A stretch of 64,000 bases of DNA from Octopus sinensis. Taxonomy: Eukaryota. Location of the stretch: the NCBI RefSeq assembly GCF_006345805.1, contig NC_043003.1, positions 72,974,001-73,038,000 of the forward strand. Direction: 5' to 3'. The position numbers and the translations under genes are program-made. Of this stretch, positions 51,456-64,000 are shown piece after piece. The notes beneath the pieces are model-generated. The model made no database searches and was not told where the DNA came from. It was given only the letters and a program-made list of their open reading frames with translations. Every line of letters begins with the position of its first letter. Position 1 is the stretch's first letter.

Positions 51456-53202
51456 AAAATAATAAAAACAACGAAAAGTTGCAGATGATTTGTTAAATTA
51501 CCATGTATAACAATCGGTAATTGTGCTTCAACTCATTTGCTTTTTATTTTATCTGTTTTATGAGCTCTAAAGTAATCCCAGAGGAGGAGAAAAAGCATTT
51601 TAAAAAACTAGCTAGACTAAATATTTTTGAATAAATTTTTCAAGTCAAAAAGTGCTTCGCCTTCATCCATCCTTTTCCATGTAGGTGAATAAACATTGGG
51701 TAAATTATAGTCTTCTCTTTAAAAAATAACAGTGTTGGTAAATTGTCTTCCATCTGCACAACATGCTTGTCCAGTAAGTATTACAGACATAGCTTTCGTT
51801 CCTTATTGTATCAGTCGTTCTATTGGATTGAACAGCAAATGTAATCGGAGTTTTGTTCATAGTAGTTAATTGAGACAATTCAAATGATCTTCTCTTAACT
51901 CTTGTGAATTGCAGTTTCATGTCTAACTCATCCAGTATTCTTTAAATAATTTTCGTTGCATCTGATAACTAAGCCTTTCTTTTTTATGAACCAACAAAAC
52001 CATGATATATCAACAGTAAAGTCTTCTAAACTGTTATGACATGCAATTATCTTTAATTTAAAAAAAATCATATTTGTGAAAACAGATACTACTTCTTCTA
52101 ATCTACAACGAAGTTGTATAGTTTATTTTCGAGATCTTGCCATTTTGATTTCCACCCCGCTGGGAACTGCAATTATGTTTCTTCTTGATCGAGTCGACAA
52201 CGAATCATTTTTTTTCTGTTGTTAGCGAACCCACACGTCTTTTAGTAGTTCTATTTGCATAGGTTTGTTTTGCATAATTAATCACATATAATTTGAATTT
52301 TACTGTGTACGACAACCTCTTTGCTTTAGACATGAAATATTTCTTTAAAAAGAATGAAAGTAAGGAAACAAGCAATTTTACATCCTATCTTTAAATACAG
52401 TACTTCGGCTTTCGGTTAGCCACCCGGTTTGACTGCAAGCACGTACCAAGCTGTCGAGTAGCCAATAAGTATTGAAAAACCGATTAGGCGATTTCCAACA
52501 TTAACTGCATTAAGGGCTTTGAGTGGTCAACAGCATTGTAACGATTTTATATTTGTTTAAATAGGCATGAAATTCTTGAATAAAGAAAACGGTCCGTTCA
52601 CTATCATCCATTACTATAATTTATTTTACAATTTTTTAGAGAGAATTACAAAGAGTTACGTTCTAACATTAAGTTTTATTGGAAAATGTACATTCTGTAT
52701 TCTTCGAATCTAAAACCGTCTCGTGTACCCTATCAGAAAATTGTATATATATACGGGTATCCCGAAATTAAAGCAACCAAAGTTTCGCGCTTTAATAACT
52801 ATCAATAAATATGATAAGATATGAAAATTATATATCATTGTAAAAAACTTAGTGTGTTTTCTTTTTGTTTCAGACCAAATAAATTCAGAGTTATAAATTA
52901 GATAATAGCTATAGACCGAGATACAATCACAACTTTCCACAAGGAAAGCGAAACTATAACAAAAAGGAATAGACAGTTGTCTAAATATCAGTGCATGTAT
53001 TTCAATAGCGCAGTCTATTCCCCAAATGCTAACTTCGTTACATAACATGCTAGATAACATTACGTAAATTCGTACTGTTACTGAACCTCACTTATTCGAC
53101 AGGTGACATTTTACCAAATATGTCGACAAAATTTCGCCAACACACACACGCACGCGGGTACACATGCATGCACATACACACACACACAATCATATATATA
53201 TG

Positions 53203-53233
<31 letters not shown>

Positions 53234-53237
53234 CTAC

Positions 53238-53269
<32 letters not shown>

Positions 53270-53276
53270 GTATATA

Positions 53277-53377
<101 letters not shown>

Positions 53378-54039
53378 CTGTTCCTCTCTGATCCGTGCTC
53401 TACATCCGCGCTCCCGTTTTCGGATAGCTTGCGGTCGTGTTTCTTGTGAATCCAGAGTTTAGGCTAAATTAATCTATAGAAACAGATATCAATTTTCTAA
53501 ACGAGCAGACGATAAATAATTGCACTTATGGTTTAAGCGACGTTGTGAGAGTTAAAAGTAGTAATTATCTAAAAAAACAATCAGCTCATTAAAAAACAAG
53601 TACTCTACACTATCAACACCCCCCCCATTTCCACCAGCACCACCACCACCACCACCACCAGCGCTATCTGCCTTTATCTCTCACCCCGTCTCTCTCAATA
53701 CAACTGCATCCCCTATCCATGTCTTTCTATCTACCTTTCCCTTCAGCCAACTTTCTAACCGCGTAACAAGTATTGCTCCTACACTCCACCGCACGTTGTT
53801 AGCACTTCCTTTTTCTTCTTTTCCTCTCATTCTTCGTCTCTACCTTCAGTTGACCACGTAACGCATTTGGATTGATATTAATCCCCTTTCTATACATCTT
53901 TCTCTCTTCGTCTTCACACTCCCCTTCTCTCACTCTTACTCCACTTCTCACTCCACTTCCACCTCTCTAACTAATATATAACCGGCGAACGAATAAGCAG
54001 ATATATACATACATTTATATAATATGCGTGTGTTTCTCC

Positions 54040-54235
54040 CTCCAAACTGGTTGACAACCGATGCTGGTGTGTTCACGTCTCCGGGACTTAGCGGATCGGC
54101 AAGACGGACCGATAGCATAAGTACCAAACTTTAAAACAGAAATGATTATTGGAATTGATACATTCGGCAAAAAATTCTCCAAGGTGATGCCCCAGCATGG
54201 CCACAGCTAGTGAGCTGAAACTAGATGAAATAATA
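54040..54235 (+). mobile_element. SINE 3' portion
   Basis: GGTTGACAACCGATGCTGGTGTGTT.ACGTC..CG..ACTTAGCGG.TCGGCAA..GACCGATAG.ATAAGTAC; tail GCCCCAGCATGGCCACAGCT..GCTGAAACTAGA. Confidence 0.8.
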
Positions 54236-54289
54236 AATAAATAAAAACATATGTATATTCTTTTATTCTTTTATTTTATGAATATTTTA

Positions 54290-54530
54290 AAGGCGGTGGC
54301 CATACTGGGGCACTGTTAGTGTTATCACCTTTTCAGTGGCCATTCTTTTGTGATTAGCATTTGGTGAAGATGAACTTCGATACTGCAGTCCTCTTTTGAG
54401 TTTCTTGCCGTGATGTAGGATCATTTGGACCTTAGAATGCAGGAGGTCAAGTTTTTTCTTGAAAATATCTATCCCTATTCCATGAAGATCTCTCAGATGT
54501 GTTAGGAAGATATTAAATATGTGTGGGCCC
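54290..54530 (-). mobile_element. CR1-clade LINE extreme 3' end
   Basis: GPHIFNIFLTHLRDLHGIGIDIFKKKLDL matches the CR1 ORF2 end 'GP.LFN.LP..LR.L...D.FK.KLD'; followed by GTGCCCCAGTATGGCCAC. Confidence 0.75.
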
Positions 54531-55286
54531 CCACCACCATCAGCACACGTGCGTTCGTGCACACACAAATATTCATGCTTATATTTCTATATATAAATGT
54601 GTATCCATGCATCCCCAGAAATATATATTTGCGGTGGATATCATTGACTTTATGTGTGAGATTGTGTGGTTGTGAGGTTGTGATGTGTTTGAGGTTGTGT
54701 GTGTGTTTGTGTGTGTGTATGTGTGTGCATGCGTGCGTGAGTGTGCTCTATGGAAACATCTGCATAAGTGTGTTTGCCACTGATTGTAAGAGCAGCTAGG
54801 AGAATATAAAATGCGTACGGAACCTATATTTAGAAAAGCACAATCTTCTGTCAATATCCAGCCTAACATGCATTTAGCAATTGGAATGGATTTAGAAATA
54901 TCTTCAAGAATCTAATACAAGAATATCACTCATTGCATTTTGCATTTCTCCTTCTCTAGATGTATTCTTTTGAGTATGTACCTTTTTCGTTTTATTTTCT
55001 TGTAATTTTATTTCTTCTGATTTCTTCTTATTTCATGCATTTCTGAACATTCGACTACATTTTATTTGTTATTTCACCGGAGAATCTCCTAATTAGAAAC
55101 CATTCACTTGATGTTAAGAACCACTGAACTGTCGGTATTAATTAGTCTGTTATTGAGGCCAAATTTTCCGCTTTTTACTTTCACTGGAATCTTCCTACCC
55201 AACAAATTGATGCTTTCACTCTTTGATGAAATCTTTCCTCATACTTTATTGCTTTGTATACATACATACATACATACATACATACA

Positions 55287-55320
<34 letters not shown>

Positions 55321-55432
55321 CACACACATCCATACACACCATGCATACATACATACATACATACGTACGTACATAAATAAATGCATGCATGTATATATAC
55401 ATACATGCATACATGCATATACATACATACAA

Positions 55433-55516
<84 letters not shown>

Positions 55517-55617
55517 TAATATACATACATGGATATAATACATCCCTACATATATACATACAAAACATATACTCTTATATGGGTGCTTATATATGTATAC
55601 AAATATTATTATCACTC

Positions 55618-55923
55618 TTCTTCTTCTTCTTCTTCTTCTTCTTCTTCTTCTTCTTTTCTTCTTCTTCTTCTTCTTCTTCTTCTCCTCCTTCTTTCTTCTT
55701 CTTCTTCATCTTAGTATTTGTAGAAATAGTAGTATTAGTAGTAGTGGTAGTAGTAGAGGGCGGTGACGGTTGCACTATTGGAAGTATCATCACCATCAAA
55801 ATCATCATCGTCGTTATCTTCGTCATCATCATCACTGTCTTCATCGTCGTCTTCGTCATCGCCATCATCATCGTTATCATCATCGTCGTCATCATCATAA
55901 TCATTATCATCATCATCATCACC

Positions 55924-55974
<51 letters not shown>

Positions 55975-55981
55975 GTCGTCG

Positions 55982-56019
<38 letters not shown>

Positions 56020-56080
56020 GTCGTCGTCGTCGTCGTCGTCATTATCGTCACCATCATCGTTATCATCATCGTTATCATAG
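55618..56080. repeat. Compound trinucleotide microsatellite (CTT)n, (TAG)n, (CAT/CGT)n
   Basis: Direct reading; explains the poly-Ile/His/Asp/Met ORFs. Confidence 0.95.
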
Positions 56081-58355
56081 TCTGCTATTATTTCCATTAA
56101 GTTCTATGAATATATTATTAGCTATTGAACGTAATTGTTACATATTTGTAAGCTATAAAACGATGCGTAATTCAATCCGATTATCTTTTTTTTTGCTTTT
56201 GTTTAACTTTTATATATTTATATACCCGTTGGTATATTTTTATTTTTCATATAATGATCGGAAAAATAAGAAAGAAGCAAACAAAAACCAATAAAAACCA
56301 TTTCGCACACACAGAAAAAGAAAGAAACGAAATTGTAATTTCTAGATGATCAGTGATACTCAATGGATAGATTTAGGTCTTTGATGAAATATGAAGAATT
56401 CTCTTCTAATGAGGTTTCATTGAGAGGCGGAAGCAAAAATGAAAAAAAAAAACGCAACTAAAAGAAACAAAAAACAAATACGAAACAAGTAGTCTAAATC
56501 TATTCAATTATTGATATTTCTCTCAAGTATATAATTCTAATTCTGTTCAAATGAGAGGCAGATTTTAAAACGTTACTAATTAGTAGCAGAAATATGTAAA
56601 TATCCGAAGAGTAGCAAGAATATGACGAGAACTGGTGATTAGTTCTAGTTTCTTGGAACAAAGCCGAAAGAGAAATATCTCATCTCGAAATGATAACTGT
56701 TCACCTCGCACACAGAGCCTTTCCAAGCTATTATATATTTTAACAGCTTCATTAGTTGAAACACTATATAATCAATGAGTTGTCAGCATATAAAGAGAAA
56801 ACCACAGGTACCCAACTAGGACTGTATGTATAACCATTTATAGCCACTGTAGTTGTTGTTTGATCTTAGATCAAGTTGAACCAGAAAACTATATTTGAAA
56901 TGGTTTCCGTCTCTATGACGCCGGTTATTTGCTTACGAATAACGTCATGTCCTCAAATCTCTATTCCTGACGGAGTCGCAGAGCACATTTTTATACATGG
57001 TATAGAGCATATTCTATATATTCAACTTGAAAGTGTGTGTTCGTGTGTGTGGTGTGTGTGTGTGAGTGTGTGTGTGTGTGTGTGTGTGAGTGTGTGTGTG
57101 TGTGAGAGAGAGAAAGAGGTGGGGAGATAAAGGGAGCGAGAGAGAGGTACCTTAATTCAGAAAACAGGACTAATACTGTATATATTGACTTCGATGATAG
57201 GAAAGCGCAAACCTACTTTGACGGGATTAGAACTCGGGGTGCAGAGGGCTGGAATGAATTCCATAAAGCATTATATTCAACATTCTAGCACCTCAGTTAA
57301 TTTGCTGATTTATGGTTTACCTTGAGCATTACCAACTATTTCCTCTTCTATTAATAGAGCTGTGATGTAATTTGAATCAGAATTCACTGTTATTTCTTGT
57401 AGGCTTAACCACCACCTATAAACTTACTCTTTGATGTGCATTACTCAACGTGATGTGCCGCTTATGCCAGGTCGTTTCATGCGTTGGTTTTTGTTATTCT
57501 GAGAACCTATCTGTAGCAGTGCATGCCATGAAATAATGGAGTAATAAAACTCAACAACGTCACAACAGATATAAAATAGCATAAATAGGATTTCCACGAC
57601 TATAAGAGATGAGCTTAAGAGGATAACATTGAATTATTCAACCACACATTCTTTTTTAAAATCTGCATCATAATATACTAAATTATTTTTCTGGAATCGA
57701 TCTAACCGACTGGTCCCCTCACCCCACTATTCGAGCCTTGTTGATAACGGAGGACAAAAATATCTGAATTGAAAAGGGTCCCACCTATGAAATACAAGTT
57801 CAGTGGAAAACTTAAAGTAACTGAAATTATCCAGGCAATCTATCTTAAGCTTGTCAAATCTATCTTAAGCTTGTTTAAAATCTAAATCTCTAGGAGTAGA
57901 TTTTGTTGATTAATTGCGTGGATAATGTCAGCTAATCGAAGTTATGCACTGACGATATTACATATCTGGGTCTCTGACTGTAGGCGTGTTTAGCATTCAG
58001 AAACAACGCAAATAGAATCTAGTAAAACATGAATTATAAATGTTGAGATGAAATCTATGTCCATTCAAATCTCTTATTTTTCCGCTTTGGCAGTCTAAGG
58101 TAGAGCACAACAGCAAGTTTAAGTTGAATCTATGCATAAAGCTATTAGTATAAAAAATATGTTAGTGTGTGAGAGAGTGTGTAGGCGTGCATGTGTATGA
58201 GTGCAAGTATACACCTATGTGTATATATATAAATCCCTCTCTCTCATATATCCCTAATTTATCCCTAATTAGTGGTTTTGGGCTTTAGTTGTTCTTTCTA
58301 GCGTAAAGTATTCCTATGATGGGAACTTCTTAATGAGTTTAAATGTACATTGCAT

Positions 58356-58410
<55 letters not shown>

Positions 58411-60851
58411 TTTACACACACAAACACACGCACACACAGCACATATATACTTTCAGCTGTACTCGATTCAGATGGACTATATAATAATATATCTATTTAA
58501 ATTGCTCTGAGGTATTCGTATATTGAAAATTCTCGTACAATTCTTCATGCAATTTGAGAATATTAATGATGTGCGAAACTTGCATTTTGATCTGAACTTT
58601 CTAGGCATAAAAGAGGTAATATCTGAATTTACAGACATTTCAACTTAATATTGTCACTACAGATTTTACGTAGACTATTTTGATGGTTTATATAGTTTAG
58701 TTTACTTGGAATAACGCTTAATCGTTCTCTGAATAAATATATATTCATTTACGAAAATCATTGACGTGTCATGGGTATATAATATATAATTATATTGATA
58801 TTTTTGCTTTTAGTTGTTTTGAAATTCGAATATGTAGATAGAAGGCAGTGGGTTTATCTGTGGCTTACTTACGTGGTGTTGTAATTTATATTGCTCTAAG
58901 CTCATTTATTTACTGAGCCCTTTAGAGACATCCCTGGAAAAGAAATTTAATTAATTTCATATTTTGAGAAATATGACATCTACATACACACACAAATTTA
59001 TGTGTGTGGTGTGCATGTCTGTGCGTCTCTGTGTATACCTGCAGATATATACGCATATATGTATATATATATGCTCATATATATGCATATATGTATGCAC
59101 GTATGTATGTATGTATCGGCTGCAAACGCATTCTATGGAGAACTAAAGCTAGCAAGAATGAAAACTTATTACAGTGAGCTGATAAGGAATTCTGTAAATT
59201 TATGATGTCATTTTGTCAGCGGTAGAACTGAAAAGAAATTTGATTAGTAATTTATGTGTTCAGTGTGTCAAGTGTTTATTCTATCACATGGAAAGAATGA
59301 GTAAATAAAGTTATTTATTTTCTCCATTTTAATAGGTTTCTTCTCGGTGCAGTTAAGAAAAAAAACAACAACAAAAAAAAAACAGCATATAAAAAAGCCA
59401 TTTCTATTACTTCACTTTCATTTCAAGTCGTCGTGAAACATTCTACTTATGTGTTTTATATGAAAACCTGGAGCAGTGTGTTTCTCAGTGTCTTGAATAT
59501 ATAATGTAGCGTAACAATGCTGTCGGGATTCGAAGTATCATCTCTATGGTCATACACATGATGTAACACTGTATCGCAAAACACTATTTCTAACACATCT
59601 CAGTAAATAACATTTTGTTATCAAATAATTTATAGCAATGAAATTTTATTGAGAAAATCAATTATTTAGTTCGTTTAAATAGATTTTAAAAAATTACTAA
59701 ATACCCTTAAAGCAATTTACCGAGTTAAATACCATGTCTTAAGGTGAGATGTGCATATTTCTAGCTCGACAAGCAATAGGGCAGATGTTGCTTTGATGGT
59801 GGTGGTGGTAACTGTACCCGTGGTACTAACGTTAGTTTTGTCGTTATTGGTGCTGCTGGTAGTGTTGGTGTTTGTGGTGCTAATGGTAGCGGTACATAAG
59901 TGGTTGCACTTATGACGATGTTGGTGTGGGGTATTGGAGGTAACGATGATGGTAAATTTGGCGTTGGTTGTGGTAGTGGAGTTAATGGTAGTAGTGATGA
60001 TGATGTGTAAGTAAAATGTGTCAATGTCCTTGACCTCACACCAACCCTATCTGAAAAAAGGATTCACCGCTGTTATTAACCGAGAACTCGTTATTACGGG
60101 TTATCTAGCCTGAAGAACTGTTAATCGACCAACGTCTGAGGCGATTATTCTTTAAGTAATCCCCAATGAAACAGCAACTCTCTGTTCTATGGGATTAAAA
60201 CACAATCCATGTTGCTGTGGAAGTCTGTTGCATAGCGATGTCAATGTCTTGTTTGAAATTGTAAAAAGGAGTAAAAATATTGGGAACTAACGATGAACTT
60301 GCAGACTTGCATTTGTAGCTAATATCATTGGTACACTAGAACATGTTATAACAGGTTTTAATAAATGCCTGGGAAATTTGCGATTATCCAAGAAAGAACA
60401 AAGTGTACTGACTCGCATGGTCAAAATCCAGTGGTTTGATCAGAGAGTGCAAAATTTGTTGAAGTTTTTAAAGTCTCTACCGTTGAGGTTCCAGCGAGGT
60501 GCATACGATCATATGAGCTTATAGTATACACACGTATGCATAAAGATTAATCACGCATACAACTATGTACGAGAGACGCATGCAGAGCCATTGTGGGAGT
60601 GCAAGTACATCCACAGATGCACCTACTTATAAACACACACCAACTCTTTGTAGATGAGTTAGTGTCTGTTAAGCGTAGGAAATATCTTGATTTAAAAATG
60701 AATGAGGCAGGGCAAATTTTTTAGTAATCGCGAACAAATCTCCAATAAATGCACGCACGCACATAAAATATATGCATTTCATATATGCATATATAAACTG
60801 GCATACTCACTCACAGACGTACAAACATTCACACACACGCATACACACACA

Positions 60852-60882
<31 letters not shown>

Positions 60883-63094
60883 ATACATATATGTATGTAT
60901 TTGGAGATATATAGATTTGGTATATATAGATCGATAAATAGAAACTTGGAAATCAGTAACTTCCTTTAATGCGTCTCTGTATAAGCGATAACATCTCTCA
61001 ACCAATCTTCTGTTGAACTGTTTTTCTAATCTTGAACAATTGCATCTCTGCGTGTTTGTTGTAAGAAACTCGGTAGGAATAATGAACGAAACATAATATA
61101 CATTGTCTAGTTTCTTGCTTTAATCCATTAAATCCTGTCATTTTCAGGAGACATAACAAAACTAGTGAATGTTGCACATGTTCACAACGTTTGTGAAATA
61201 ACTGACTGAAATAATCAGACACTGTTAAAGAAATCTTCAGAAGATTAATCGTTCATAATATTTCCCAAAACTGAAGTAACTGCACAAAAAGCTCGCCTTT
61301 TTTAATTTACTCTGTTGCATGATAACAGCTTAGCTATTGGTATGCACGTATCAATATGTATGTGCAATGAATGTTTAACGTTTATCTCTCTATGAACTTG
61401 GTCTAATGCATGTGCATATGTATACATGTGCATATGCATGTGCATATGTATACGTGTGCATATGCATGTGCATATGTATACATGTGTTGCTTTTTGCAAT
61501 TTAGTTTGTAAATATATATATATATAAATTTTTAAATAAGTAGAAAATGGAGAAACCTTTTGATCAACAGTATTATAAAAAAACTTTACGGGTGTGTTTT
61601 TGGATAAATATTAATTAGCTCTATTTACGAAATCACAAGTACTATCCTTTTTCTAGACATATTGGCGATTCCTGTTTTCCTATAGCACTAGTTTTATTTT
61701 ACTATTATTTATACATCATGGTTTCCCTATAAAAAGAGATTACCTACCAATTATTTTTCTAGATTATTTGCTCGTTTCCTCATTAGCCCATCGACTTCAA
61801 GCGTCAACCTGCAAAATGGTATGGTTCTAATTTATTGAGCCTTCTTACCTCATCTCGGTACCCTGTTCTTCCCTTCTTATGAATTAGTATTCACTCTCAT
61901 GAAGCCCATGTGCTAGATCGAATGTGGTATAAAGATGATGAATAGTATCTTCGGAATTTTCTTTGTAGGCACCGACCGACATTGGTAGCTGAAACGGCCG
62001 TAAGCAATGTTAAGTTTTGTATTAAAAAATGATTACTCGATGTTGGTCAACTTGTTTGTTCGTCGATCAAAAGTTTTCTCCATTTTCTGTTTACTTTAAA
62101 TTTGATTCCTGATAAACTCTTGTTTATTCTGCTATTACTTGTACGCTATGAGCATATATACCAATTCCCAGGGTTAACATAGGTAATTGATTCCGGTAGT
62201 AAGAACGGCTATTCTTATCCTTTAGACGGTTATTCCAACCGCTAATTCTGCTTACCTATATATACGCACATAGATATACACTAAGACATATATATGTGTG
62301 TATATGTATAATCTAAATGTTTGTGTGAGTGATCTTAACTAACTTTTTGAACACAACGTCTTAGAGTAAGATGTGTATAGTTGCATGCATACATATATGT
62401 GTGCGTGCGTATGTAGTAAAGAGTGCATGAACTGTGTATATATAAGCATATGTATTTATTTGCAGAAGCATTTGCATCTGAGTGCGTTGTGTGGTTGTGT
62501 ATATCACTGTATTTGACGAGTAATGTGATTCAATTTTAGTGTGTATATGCATGATTATAACATGCAGATACAATCTCTGTTGATAGGTACATGGTAGAAA
62601 TCTGTGAAATGATGTGTGTATGTGCGCGCGTTTTTGTGTGTGTGTATTTGTGTGTAAAGGTGCGTGCGTATGTGAGTGTGTGTGAGTAAGAGAGAGAGAG
62701 AGAGAGAGAGTATTTGTATGTGTATGTGTTGTGCAACATTCGAATTACGAGTACTCTTATTCGTTTATTGGATTCAGTGAGTAAACCGTAGCTATGCTTG
62801 GTTACCACTCCCAAGTTTAGTCGTTTATATTGTCACTAGTACTTCTTGTAGTTATTTTATTAATATCTATTTGGTGATTTGTCAAGGGTGAAGAGCCAAG
62901 AGGATGTCTATGTCTATATCGGCACCTAAAACGACATAAGCTATCAACTCATGCTTTCATGTGAATCACAGATGTATACGCAAACACACACACACGCACA
63001 CACATGCATATGCACGCACACGTACACACACACACACACATGCACACGCACGCGCACACACGCACGCATGCGCACACACATGTACACACACATG

Positions 63095-63860
63095 GAAGGT
63101 GACCAAATGAGGTTTATTTTTCGACATAGTCCCTCTTGTTGTCTATACACTTCTTCCATCGGTGTTGCATTGCTTCGATCCCGTTGGGGAAGCTTTCATC
63201 TTGTTGGTCAAAAAAAGTCAGCCGCACATATGACGTCACCATCTTTGCGATATTGGTTCCCAGCCAAGTGGTTTTATGTTGGGGAACAAATGATAATCAG
63301 ATGGGGTCAAATTAGGAGGATAGGGAGGATGGCCAAAAAATTCAAAACTACAGTCACTCACTACAGCCGTTGAAACGAAGGACTTCTCTGTTGAAGCATG
63401 GTCCTGAGGTATCAAGACTCCTTTCGTCAGTTACCCTGGCTGTTTGGTCTTCATAGCCTTTCGTAGCTGCCTCAGCGAGTTGACGTAGAACACTCAGCAG
63501 AAACCTTCATCATGCTAACTTCATTCTGCAGAATGGTCTCAATTTTTTCATGGGATATGCCAGTAGCATTGACTAGTTGATTTAAAGTTAGTTGCCTGTT
63601 ATTCTTCACCATGTGGTGTACACGATCAATGTTTTCCTCGGTGGAGGCACTTACAAGTTGTTCAGAGTTTGAGTTATCTTCACAACTCTCCCTTCCTTCC
63701 CTAAATTCAGATACGTACGTTTCTACTGTTGATTGAGCTGAGGCGTCATTTCCTAATGTAACAATCATGCCAGCATGAATGTAGTTGGGGGCGAAACTAT
63801 TTTTTCTGAAGGTACATAATAACACCACGAAGCCAAATTTTATCGATTTTACACTTGTGC
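63095..63860 (-). mobile_element. Mariner deletion derivative, same family as 30330-31560
   Basis: DKIWLRGVIMYLQKK..IHAGMIVTLGNDASA.STVE.YVSEFREGRES.ED..STEENIDRVHHMV..; 3' part PPNLTPSDYHLFPNIK..RYEEVYRQ-like end. Confidence 0.85.
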
Positions 63861-64000
63861 ACGTGTTATTTTCTAATATGTATGTCAATTACTCCGGGAA
63901 GTATGCGCGTATGACCGTCTATCTTAGCAAGTGCATCTATGTTTGAAGACCATCTGTGTTCAAAGTGCATGTTAGACATGCATCTATGGACAAAGTGCAT

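Noticed and set aside
51733-51773. Candidate phase 2-1 exon (VGKLSSICTTCLS); similar candidate starting ~61763 (LFARFLISPSTSSVNLQN)
   Set aside because: Splice sites are plausible and phases are compatible with 44846, but neither supplies the expected SEA G-S strand convincingly; short AG..GT windows arise often by chance.
61410-61490. Palindromic alternating purine-pyrimidine tract (TGCATATGTATACA..)
   Set aside because: An ordinary degenerate (RY)n microsatellite, common throughout this window.

Overview
AT-rich, microsatellite-laden eukaryotic DNA whose repeat content (tRNA-derived SINEs, (TA)n/(CA)n/(TCTA)n tracts, Penelope, R4/Dong, CR1, RTE, mariner and Helitron fragments) looks like an octopus/coleoid cephalopod genome; this taxonomic call is inferred from repeat style, not a database hit. 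Most ORFs in the track are microsatellite artefacts. One host gene is supportable on the + strand: a type II membrane protein with a TM exon (29106-29310), a SEA-domain exon (36840-36949) and a probable further SEA exon (44788-44846); its start and 3' part were not found. Most notable: (1) five hammerhead-ribozyme-like motifs, two in the arms of a young inverted Penelope element (5345-8337, with a target-site duplication in a TA microsatellite) and three minimal type I motifs showing stem covariation in a separate short repeat family; (2) an unexplained, highly decayed array of about 20 units of ~117 bp (12500-15130) whose consensus reads like a ~39-aa protein repeat; (3) inverted SINE dimers and a fold-back element in introns of the SEA gene. 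All calls were made by eye; no searches were run.
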